Source of the DNA: Bacteroidota bacterium
GTDB taxonomy: Bacteria; Bacteroidota; Bacteroidia; NS11-12g; UBA955
Direction: 5' to 3'
Assembly: GCA_030833525.1 (NCBI GenBank)
Contig: JAURGZ010000002.1
Location: 3,927 to 67,926 of the forward strand
Length of the DNA: 64,000 nucleotides
Positions 56,730 to 64,000 of the stretch are shown here, piece after piece. The position numbers and the translations under genes were made by a program. The first letter of the stretch is position 1. Every line of letters begins with the position of its first letter. The notes beneath the pieces were generated by a model. That model was not told where the DNA came from, made no database searches, and worked only from the letters and a program-made list of their open reading frames with translations.

Positions 56730-57380
56730 ATGAACCGCATTGCCCAAAACCTCGAGCGCTTGCGCAGCGAAATCGGCGAGAAAGCCCAATTGCTAGTCGT
56801 GAGCAAATACCGCGAAATCAGCGAAATACAAATGGCCTATGACGCAGGGCAGCGGCATTTTGCTGAAAACCGGGTTCAAGCCTTGTTGGAACGAGCCGAA
56901 CAACTGCCCCCTGACATTCATTGGCACCTCATTGGTCATTTGCAAACCAACAAAGCGAAATACATCGCTCCTATTGTGCATTTGGTTCATTCGGTCGACA
57001 GCCTTCGCCTGTTGGAAACCTTGCAAAAAGAAGCCGAGAAATGCAATCGCATCGTTTCATTCCTGGCCCAAATTCACGTCGCCCAAGAAAATAGCAAATT
57101 TGGCTTAACCCCCGAAGCGTTCCCTGATTTTCTGCAAGCCTATCGAGAAGGTTCATTTCCCAATTTGGCCCTCAAAGGCCTCATGGCCATGGCCAGTTTG
57201 ACCGAAAATGAAACTCAAATTCGCGGCGAATTCGCCCGCGTGCGCCTGCTGTTCAATCAAACGCAGCCTCAAATAGGCCCCAGTTTCGACACCCTTTCCA
57301 TGGGCATGAGCAGCGACTATGCCATAGCCCTTGAAGAAGGCAGTACCGTGGTACGAATAGGCTCTTCGGTTTTCGCCTAA
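56730..57380 (+). CDS. yggS: YggS-family pyridoxal-phosphate homeostasis protein
   Basis: LLVVSKYREISEIQMAYDAGQRHFAENRVQ and HWHLIGHLQTNK motifs. 216 aa, single-domain alanine-racemase fold. Confidence 0.85.
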   Translation: MNRIAQNLERLRSEIGEKAQLLVVSKYREISEIQMAYDAGQRHFAENRVQALLERAEQLPPDIHWHLIGHLQTNKAKYIAPIVHLVHSVDSLRLLETLQKEAEKCNRIVSFLAQIHVAQENSKFGLTPEAFPDFLQAYREGSFPNLALKGLMAMASLTENETQIRGEFARVRLLFNQTQPQIGPSFDTLSMGMSSDYAIALEEGSTVVRIGSSVFA

Positions 57381-57470
57381 GCCCCTCAAACAAGCATTCA
57401 CGCTCCATGAATTTATAGAGCGAGGACACTACCGTGAAGGAGACAGGTCCTTGCATATGGATATTATAGG

Positions 57471-57518
57471 GCCCCTCGCAGGGGCTTAAAAAAGCCCCGA
57501 GCCAGTTGGCCCGGGGCT
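57471..57518 (-). terminator. Tandem hairpins between convergent yggS and dnaN; the second (AGCCCCG...CGGGGCT followed by T6 on the minus strand) is the dnaN terminator
   Basis: Hairpin 1: GCCCCT-cgc-AGGGGC at 57471-57485. Hairpin 2: stems 57493-57499 / 57512-57518, with an A6 run at 57488-57493 on the plus strand (T6 on the minus strand). Confidence 0.6.
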
Positions 57519-57542
57519 ATACACACTTAAAAATGGTCAGAA

Positions 57543-58664
57543 TTAATAGTTATTGAGCATCATCGGCATGATGAGCATGGTGATGTTCTCGTCGCTGTCG
57601 TTGTCAGTCGGCAAGATCAATCCCGCACGGTTGGGTTGTGACAATTTCAATTGAACTGAATCGCTGTCTAAGGCAGCCAACATCTCTTTCAAGAATTTGG
57701 CATTGAAGCCAATTTCCATGTCATCACCCTCGTACTCGCAATGAACCACTTCCTGAGCTTCATTCGCCATTTCGATGTCTTCTGCTGAAATGGTCAACTC
57801 AGAGCCCGTAATTTTCAAACGCACCTGATGGGTCGTCTTACTGGCGAAAATGGAGATACGGTTGATGGAACTCAAGAAATCCATGCGTGAAATGGTCAGC
57901 ACATTGGGATTCTGTTCGGGAATCACCGCGCCGTATTCGGGGTAGCGCTCGTCGAGCAAACGGCAAATCAACTGAGTATCGCCGAAACTGAAGAATACGT
58001 TGGTATTGTTGTAATCCACGATAACCGGTGTCTCATCATTGGGAAGAGCCGTTTTCAGCAAATTCAATGGCTTCTTGGGAATGATGAAACTGTGTTCTAC
58101 CCCAGGCTTCAAATCGTTTCGGGTGAAACGAACCAGCTTGTTGGCGTCAGTTGCGACAAAATTCACAGAAGTGCCCTGCATTTCCACGAACAAACCGGTC
58201 AAGTTCAATCGCAGTTCATCGCTACCGGCTGCAAACAAAGTTTTGGAAATGGCGCGCAACAGCACATTCGAAGGAACCGTAAAGGAACCATCTCCGCTTT
58301 TTTCAGGAAGGCTGGGATAGTCAACTCCGTCTTGACCCGCCATTTTGTAGCGACCGTTGTTGTTCACCACTTCAATGCCATGGGTAGCCGCATCTACGTT
58401 GAACGTAACAGGCTGCTCAGGCAAGGAGCGAAGAATATCGATGACCATTTTGCTCGGAACGGCCACGCGCATGTCGTCTTTTGACTCCACGCTCATGGTG
58501 GTGGTCATGCTGGTTTCCAAGTCGGTAGAGAAGATCGTGAGTTGGTTGCCCTTGATGTCAAAAAGGAAGTTCTCCAAAATGGGAATCAGGGGCTTGGACA
58601 TGATGGCCCCGTTCACGGTCAGCAAATGCTGCAACAACTCGGATGAGGGTGCTATGAATTTCAT
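57543..58664 (-). CDS. dnaN: DNA polymerase III beta subunit (sliding clamp)
   Basis: 373 aa. Three-domain clamp pattern with a conserved N-terminus (MKFIAPSSELLQHLLTVNGAI) and a C-terminal MPMML-like motif (LIMPMML). Confidence 0.9.
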   Translation of the reverse strand: MKFIAPSSELLQHLLTVNGAIMSKPLIPILENFLFDIKGNQLTIFSTDLETSMTTTMSVESKDDMRVAVPSKMVIDILRSLPEQPVTFNVDAATHGIEVVNNNGRYKMAGQDGVDYPSLPEKSGDGSFTVPSNVLLRAISKTLFAAGSDELRLNLTGLFVEMQGTSVNFVATDANKLVRFTRNDLKPGVEHSFIIPKKPLNLLKTALPNDETPVIVDYNNTNVFFSFGDTQLICRLLDERYPEYGAVIPEQNPNVLTISRMDFLSSINRISIFASKTTHQVRLKITGSELTISAEDIEMANEAQEVVHCEYEGDDMEIGFNAKFLKEMLAALDSDSVQLKLSQPNRAGLILPTDNDSDENITMLIMPMMLNNY

Positions 58665-58705
58665 GATTGGTTATCGTTTTGGCGGCCCATAAGAACCGGA
58701 TGATG

Positions 58706-58713
58706 CAAACCTA
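58706..58713 (-). promoter_or_regulatory. -7 promoter box TAGGTTTG, about 42 nt upstream of dnaN
   Basis: Minus strand matches TAnnTTTG. Confidence 0.3.
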
Positions 58714-58775
58714 TTGGCCCAAATGCAATAGAAATGCACAACTTTATTGGTTTTATAAACATACGTCAGGTGTGT

Positions 58776-59066
58776 TCATGGTTCAGGGGCCTCTTCTACC
58801 ACAAATACATCTTCCCCATCGCGCTTCATCAAGTAACGCTCACGGGCAAATTTTTCCAGGTTCGATGGACTGGAAAACAGCTCGTTTCGTTGCCGCTTGA
58901 GCGCTACAATCTCTTTTTCATGGCGCCGAATGTTGTCTTCCAAATCGCGAATCTCGGCTCCCAAGCGATAGCGGTATACGAAATTGTTGACATCAAAAAA
59001 GGACATCCACAGCAGAAAAATGCCGAACACAATGGCGTAGCGATACCGATAAACCGGGTGATTCAC
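58776..59066 (-). CDS. Septum formation initiator-family protein (FtsB/DivIC-like)
   Basis: 96 aa. One TM (AIVFGIFLLWMSFF) followed by a coiled-coil region (EIRDLEDNIRRHEKEIVALKRQRNEL). GTG start. Confidence 0.6.
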   Translation of the reverse strand: MNHPVYRYRYAIVFGIFLLWMSFFDVNNFVYRYRLGAEIRDLEDNIRRHEKEIVALKRQRNELFSSPSNLEKFARERYLMKRDGEDVFVVEEAPEP

Positions 59067-59130
59067 TTTGCAAAGATGCTCCCTTTCTCACGCTGGCTTT
59101 GCACAGAATTTAGGCCTGTTCGCATTTCTG

Positions 59131-59138
59131 TACTTTTG
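59131..59138 (+). promoter_or_regulatory. -7 promoter box TACTTTTG, 14 nt upstream of the binding-protein ATG
   Basis: Reads TACTTTTGcaggtgcacataccATG. Confidence 0.35.
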
Positions 59139-59152
59139 CAGGTGCACATACC

Positions 59153-60265
59153 ATGATGCCCCGTGTTAGTACCTTCTTTTTCGCGAGCCTTATCCTATTA
59201 TTGGCCTTGGGTTCTTGCCAGCGCAGCCAAACCAATCTGCCCCTGGCCCAACCCCAGTGGCTACGCAATGACCAGGCCCGCGGTTTTCGCCTGGGAGCAC
59301 AAGGAGACGACCAATTTTTACTGTTATTGGACCCGGTGAGCGGCGACACCCTAGGCCGATTTCAATGGGGCCCAGGGCAATACGCCCAATTCCGACACTT
59401 GGACGCCAAATCGCGCATTGCCAGCGGTTCAGGGGTCATTAGCGGCCTTTTTTCAGCCTTAGACTTGGACACCCTGATTCGAGCGGTGGATCAACGCAGC
59501 TACCAACCCCATGGTTTGATGCACCGAGAAGATTTGATTCAGTTTGCCTTGGGAGGAAACTTCAACCGCCAAGAGCTGCTGAAAGCTCAGCCGCATCTGC
59601 TGGTTCATTACTTTTTTGACAACAGCCAACGGGAAGAGATCGAGCGCCTAGCTCCCAAAGTTCCTGTTTTGTGGATCCAAAACTACCGAGAGGCCAGCCC
59701 TCTGGCGAAGGCCGAATGGATTCGGGCCGTTGGATTCTTGTTCGGGGCTTATTCGCAAGCCGACTCCCTATACAGCCTTGTCAAGCACAACTACCAAAAA
59801 CTCGCCCAACAAGCCAAAGTGCCCAAACCCGTTTTTTGCAACTTGCCCTACGCAGGCAATTGGACCTTCCCCGGCCAAAACGCCTATTTGAGCACTTTGA
59901 TTCGAGACGCCGGAGGCACAGCCATTTGGCCCCAAGAAAGCCAAAGCGAGGTCATGGTGATGGGCATAGAGGAAGCCGTTGGCCTATGGAATTCCCAACC
60001 CCAATTGCTGTGGATACATCCCGGCGATTGCCCCGACTGGGATTGCATGGCCGACCGTGTGCCGCGTTTAATGCCGTTGAGCCGTCAAACCCAATTGCGG
60101 GTCGCTCAATGCGACAAAGGCGATTTGCCTGGACAGGTCAACCGATGGTACAACGAGGGCAGCGTGCGCCCTGATCAATTGCTCTCTGACTTGATTCATT
60201 TAACCCAAGATTCGCTCCCGCAGCCCGATTCGCTGTACTTTTACCGGCTCATCAAACAACCATGA
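59153..60265 (+). CDS. ABC transporter periplasmic substrate-binding lipoprotein, Fe-siderophore / cobalamin (BtuF/FhuD-like) type
   Basis: Lipobox (LLALGSCQ). PVLWIQNYREASPLAKAEWIRAVGFLFG block typical of class-III binding proteins. ATGA overlap with the downstream permease. Confidence 0.6.
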   Translation: MMPRVSTFFFASLILLLALGSCQRSQTNLPLAQPQWLRNDQARGFRLGAQGDDQFLLLLDPVSGDTLGRFQWGPGQYAQFRHLDAKSRIASGSGVISGLFSALDLDTLIRAVDQRSYQPHGLMHREDLIQFALGGNFNRQELLKAQPHLLVHYFFDNSQREEIERLAPKVPVLWIQNYREASPLAKAEWIRAVGFLFGAYSQADSLYSLVKHNYQKLAQQAKVPKPVFCNLPYAGNWTFPGQNAYLSTLIRDAGGTAIWPQESQSEVMVMGIEEAVGLWNSQPQLLWIHPGDCPDWDCMADRVPRLMPLSRQTQLRVAQCDKGDLPGQVNRWYNEGSVRPDQLLSDLIHLTQDSLPQPDSLYFYRLIKQP

Positions 60266-61203
60266 AAAGCCATTTCACTTGGATCGCTCTAGCCCTGTGC
60301 ACGGGAATATGCGCCTGGGAATTGTGGTTCGATGCCCCTGTTGAAAATGCCTATTTGTGGTGGGAATTTCGCTGGCCCAGGGTTTTAGGCGGTCTCATGG
60401 CCGGCGCCACATTGGCCCTATCGGGCCTGTTTCTCCAAACCCTGTTTCGCAACCCTTTGGCGGGCCCATTCCTAATTGGCATAAGCCCTGGCGCGACCTT
60501 AGCCATGGCCTTAGGCCTGTTTGGGATTGAGCAATACCAAGGCGTTCAATTGAGCCTCAATGGCCAAATCGCCTTAGCCCTTTTGGGCGCTTTTGCCGCT
60601 TTGGCCTTGCAGCTGTTTCTCTCGCGCCGGCAGCGCAGCACCGAATCCCTGTTGTTGATTGGAATGGTGCTCAGTTTCGCGTTTGGAGCCGCTACCGATT
60701 TGTTGCAAAACCTGGCGAGCGCCGAGCGCTTGAAAATGTTTTCGTTGTGGAACATGGGCTCCTTTGAACGCTTGACCTTGGCTCAACTGCCCGGATTGGC
60801 CATTTTGCTTACCAGCCTGATGGGCTTGGCTTTTTGGCGAGCAGCCGCCATGGATAGTTTTTTATTGGGAGATACTTATGCCCAGAGCGGTGGCCTATCG
60901 TTGAAGCAAATGCGCGGCTGGTTGATAGCCGGCGGCGCCGCAGGCGCCGCGTGGATAACCGCCCTCTGCGGTCCCATCTCTTTCATAGGCTTAGTAGCGC
61001 CCCATATTGCTCGGGAATTGCTGGGCTCTGGGAGCCACTGAAGACTTTGGATACACAGCGCCATTTGGGGTTCCTTCCTGGCCTTAAGTGCTGATTTTTT
61101 AGCCCATCACCTGCTGCCACATCACTTGTTGCAAGTCAATGCTGTCAGCGCTCTCATTGGAGCCCCTGTGCTGCTATACAGCCTGCTCAGGCAGCGCCAT
61201 TGA
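60262..61203 (+). pseudogene. FecCD/BtuC-family ABC permease interrupted by an in-frame TGA at 61039-61041 (pseudogene or sequence error)
   Basis: The N-terminal 259 codons end ...IGLVAPHIARELLGSGSH. After the stop the same frame continues RLWIHSAIWGSFLALSADFLAHHLLPHHLLQVNAVSALIGAPVLLYSLLRQRH, which matches the conserved C-terminus of BtuC/FecD permeases. No ATPase gene follows. Confidence 0.55.
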
Positions 61204-61217
61204 TGCCGCGACCGCGC

Positions 61218-61769
61218 CTATTCCAAGCGTTCAAACTGAATGATGTGCTCAATTTGGTAATCAACCGAAGGGTCGAATTCAACCTTGAGATTATGCCCCC
61301 AAAATGAGCCAAACACCTGCCACATCAGAGCTTCGGTCGTGCCTCGGTAATCTTTCATGATTTCCCAGGTCGTACTCCCCGTTTCGCGGTGTATCAATTT
61401 CATGAGCACTTGGCCTTCCCCTATGGTCAAATTCTTCAACTGTTCCATATACATAGCCTTGATGGCCGCCTCGCATTGCTTGACGTACTGGTTTCGAGCC
61501 CGTCGGCCTTGAATGGTCTGAAGCTTATCTTCCATGGCCCGCATGCGCGTAGCCGCCATCTTGGCGTATGGAAGCGTTTTGCGCACCCGTCGCTTCAACA
61601 ATTCATATTCTTTGCGTCGGGCTTCGTCCATGTTGGACTGAATGTAAATGGGGTCCATGACCTCCAGATACACCGTATCAGTAGACTGCGCCTGAACGGG
61701 GCGCCCAATAAAGAAAACCAGAGCCCAAAGGGCTATGGCTTTGCTGTGTTTCGACCGAAGTAGATCCAT
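61218..61769 (-). CDS. Hypothetical secreted protein (DUF4294-like)
   Basis: Signal peptide (ALWALVFFIGRPVQAQS). 183 aa. Overlaps the 3' end of the upstream gene by 37 nt in a different frame. Confidence 0.4.
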   Translation of the reverse strand: MDLLRSKHSKAIALWALVFFIGRPVQAQSTDTVYLEVMDPIYIQSNMDEARRKEYELLKRRVRKTLPYAKMAATRMRAMEDKLQTIQGRRARNQYVKQCEAAIKAMYMEQLKNLTIGEGQVLMKLIHRETGSTTWEIMKDYRGTTEALMWQVFGSFWGHNLKVEFDPSVDYQIEHIIQFERLE

Positions 61770-62938
61770 GAGGCTATTCCTGCTAAGAGCAGCAACACCG
61801 AAATCATTTGAGCCTGAGAAAACACCATGCTTCCCAGGTGATACAAACTATCGCCGTGCTCCCGAATCGATTCAATCAAAAAGCGTTCCAAGCCCGCAAA
61901 AACCAGGTATACCGAAAACAACTGGCCCGCCGCCAAACTGCGGGGCCGAATCAACCACCAAATCACTGCAAAGAGCGCCAATGCCATCAAGGCTTCGTAC
62001 AAAGGAGTCGGCCAAACGGGGTCTATCAATTGTTGGCAATAACGGCCCTCGCATCCGGGAATTCGCTCCATGCCCTGCCAAGTATAATCGCGGCCCAGCA
62101 CGTTGTGCGGATACCGATAGGCCCACAGCCAATCGGGCAAGCCTGGATTGGGCTTCAAGTTGGCTACTCCCCAATCGCCGTCGCCTGAAAAGTGGCATCC
62201 GAAGCGACCCAAACCGTAAGCCAACATCATGGCGGGACCGCCGGCATCCAAGACGTAGCGCCAAGGCAAACCCTTGCGGTGCACGTAAACCAGAACGGCA
62301 GCTGCACCGCCAATCAAACCACCGTAAAAGGTCCAACCGCCAGATGTAAACAAGTCGGTCAGCAAGGTTGACAGGTGAAAGGTCTCTAGATTTTCGAGCA
62401 AGTGAAAGACCTTGGCACCCAAGAAACCAAATAGCAGGGCCATGGTGGTCACCCCGCCCATATGAAAGGAAGCATCTTGCAGGGTCAACTCTTCGCGGGG
62501 CTCGGGCAAACGCTGCTTTTTATCTTCCCAATAACGCCAAGCCAAAAATCCAGCAGAGGCCACAACGCCCAGCATCAAACTCCCTTCAGAAGTGGCCAGA
62601 TGCTCTTGGGGCACAAAGCCCTCTCCTGACTCCAAGATGATCCAGAGCACTTTATAGCCAAACACAAAGGCCAGCAGCCCGTTCCACCCATAGTCACTCG
62701 CGGGATAGGGTTTCCCAACCACCGTTTTCACCGGTACCTGAGGCATTTGACCCAACTCGGTGCGGCGCTTGAATTCGGCCGCCATTACCGCAAAGGCAGC
62801 AGCGATGGCCAAGGCCACAAACAGACCGAAGGTATTGACCATCTCCAAGGCGTGGATCTCCAGGCCGAGTAGGTCTTTTAATGCATGGTAAAGGGTTGGA
62901 AACACGCTGCAAATTACAGCATGCAGCACGCGCTTCAA
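61733..62938 (-). CDS. lgt: Prolipoprotein diacylglyceryl transferase-family protein
   Basis: Polytopic membrane protein with an Lgt-like signature region (YGLGRFGCHFSGDGDWG...LPDWLWAYRYPHN). Longer than E. coli Lgt, as I recall is common in Bacteroidota. Confidence 0.55.
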   Translation of the reverse strand: MKRVLHAVICSVFPTLYHALKDLLGLEIHALEMVNTFGLFVALAIAAAFAVMAAEFKRRTELGQMPQVPVKTVVGKPYPASDYGWNGLLAFVFGYKVLWIILESGEGFVPQEHLATSEGSLMLGVVASAGFLAWRYWEDKKQRLPEPREELTLQDASFHMGGVTTMALLFGFLGAKVFHLLENLETFHLSTLLTDLFTSGGWTFYGGLIGGAAAVLVYVHRKGLPWRYVLDAGGPAMMLAYGLGRFGCHFSGDGDWGVANLKPNPGLPDWLWAYRYPHNVLGRDYTWQGMERIPGCEGRYCQQLIDPVWPTPLYEALMALALFAVIWWLIRPRSLAAGQLFSVYLVFAGLERFLIESIREHGDSLYHLGSMVFSQAQMISVLLLLAGIASWIYFGRNTAKP

Positions 62939-62962
62939 AACCCGAAGTACGCGCTAGAAAGC

Positions 62963-64000
62963 TTAAACCGCGACGATGGGACCTGAAGCCGTGGCTTCGG
63001 CATCCAAGGTCTCGAGCAAAACGGGACTCAGGGTATTGACCAGCAAGGGATCATAGGGGGCTTGAACTTTCACGTAGTTCTCCGTAAATCCCTGCATCCA
63101 GCCTTTGCGATCTTCGGCCTCAAAGAGCACCTGACGGGTTTGGCCCAACTGGGATTCAGCAAATTGGCGGCGCTTTTTTTCGCTCAAATTGCGAAGCCGG
63201 GTCACCCGATCTTGGCGTACGCCCAGCGGAACTCGATCGGCCATTTTGCGCGCTGTGGTATTGGGCCGCTCGCTGTACGGAAAGACATGAAAATACGACA
63301 CATCCAGCCCGTGAACGAAGTCAAATGTATCTTGAAAATGGGCTTCTGACTCACCGGGGAAACCCACAATGATGTCCACTCCAATGCAAGCCTCGGGCAT
63401 GCGCTCCTTGATCAAAGCAACACGAGAGGCATAGGTTTCGCGCAAATATTTGCGGCGCATGCGCTGCAGAATTTCATCATTTCCACTTTGCAGGGGAATG
63501 TGAAAATGAGGAACGAATTTTTGACTTCGGGCGACAAATTCAATGATGTCATTGCTCAGCAAATTGGGCTCGATGCTGGAGATTCGAAACCGCTCTACCC
63601 CTTCAACTGAATCCAAGGCTTGAACCAATTCGTAAAAGGTTTCACCGTGACCCACGCCGAAATCGCCCAGGTTTACCCCGGTTAATACGATTTCTTTGGC
63701 TCCAGAAGCAGCGGCTTCTTGAACGCGCTTCACCGTATCGGCAATGTTCGCACTTCGGCTTCGACCACGGGCCAAGGGTATGGTGCAAAAGGTGCAGAAA
63801 TAATCGCAACCGTCTTGCACTTTCAGGAAACTGCGCGTGCGATCGCCCTCAGAAAAACCGGGCACGAATTCACGCGTCTCCTTGATGGGCCGGTTGTAGG
63901 TGCGGGCTTTCTCTTCTTTGCTGAGGCTGTGCAGGTGATCGATCAACTGAAATTTCTCAGCGGCTCCCAAGACCAAATCGACGCCGGGAATTTCGGCGAT
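62963..64000 (-). CDS. Radical-SAM tRNA methylthiotransferase of the MiaB/MtaB family; N-terminus lies beyond the window end
   Basis: Radical SAM cluster motif VQDGCDYFCTFCTIP. GVNLGDFG motif. C-terminal TRAM-like region. The reading frame is open to position 64000. Confidence 0.7.
   Translation of the reverse strand: MAEIPGVDLVLGAAEKFQLIDHLHSLSKEEKARTYNRPIKETREFVPGFSEGDRTRSFLKVQDGCDYFCTFCTIPLARGRSRSANIADTVKRVQEAAASGAKEIVLTGVNLGDFGVGHGETFYELVQALDSVEGVERFRISSIEPNLLSNDIIEFVARSQKFVPHFHIPLQSGNDEILQRMRRKYLRETYASRVALIKERMPEACIGVDIIVGFPGESEAHFQDTFDFVHGLDVSYFHVFPYSERPNTTARKMADRVPLGVRQDRVTRLRNLSEKKRRQFAESQLGQTRQVLFEAEDRKGWMQGFTENYVKVQAPYDPLLVNTLSPVLLETLDAEATASGPIVAV

Noticed and set aside
59067-59152. 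Cobalamin riboswitch upstream of the BtuF-like binding-protein gene
   Set aside because: Only 86 bp separate it from the divergent ftsB-like gene, too short for the ~200-nt riboswitch, and no B12-box-like GCCACTG core is visible. A plain TAnnTTTG promoter sits there instead.
61039-61041. In-frame TGA in the permease gene as a selenocysteine or recoded sense codon
   Set aside because: TGA clearly functions as the stop codon of several intact genes in the window (uppP, PolX, anti-sigma, DUF4296). No SECIS-like hairpin follows it. A permease loop is not a plausible selenoprotein site. Pseudogene or sequencing error is more parsimonious.
1-64000. CRISPR arrays, tRNA or rRNA genes, integrases or transposases, prophage or defence islands
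   Set aside because: No regularly spaced direct repeats and no tRNA-like conserved arms (GTTCGAATC/TΨC-type) in any intergenic gap. Every gap over 100 bp was read on both strands. No recombinase, transposase or phage-structural-like ORFs. The region looks like core chromosome.

Overview
This is a 64-kb chromosomal segment that looks like Bacteroidota on gene content: a SusC/SusD pair, T9SS type-A and type-B C-terminal sorting domains, a PorP/SprF protein, a fused SecDF, the ftsX-DUF3098-uppP cluster and TamB next to tsaD. I recognised about 50 protein-coding genes, tightly packed, with many 4-8 nt start/stop overlaps. Most are housekeeping: lysA, secDF, purL, tsaD, ychF, glmM, ftcD, queE, folD, mutS2, yggS, dnaN, lgt, uppP, ftsX and a MiaB/MtaB-like methylthiotransferase. 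The accessory-looking content is four predicted T9SS cargo proteins (two PKD-rich type-B proteins, one with an adjacent PorP/SprF-SPOR protein; two type-A proteins) and a SusC/SusD locus with an FGE-domain protein but no CAZyme. There is also an ECF sigma / anti-sigma pair coupled to a type-A cargo, an orphan MeaB GTPase coupled to an FMN reductase, and a B12/siderophore-type ABC binding protein whose permease carries an in-frame TGA and has no ATPase gene. Reading by eye I found no rRNA, tRNA, CRISPR array, integrase or transposase. Several intrinsic terminators and many Bacteroidota-type -7 promoter boxes (TAnnTTTG) sit 4-11 nt from start codons, implying very short or leaderless 5' UTRs. 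All protein calls rest on motif recognition by eye in the supplied translations. No database searches were run.
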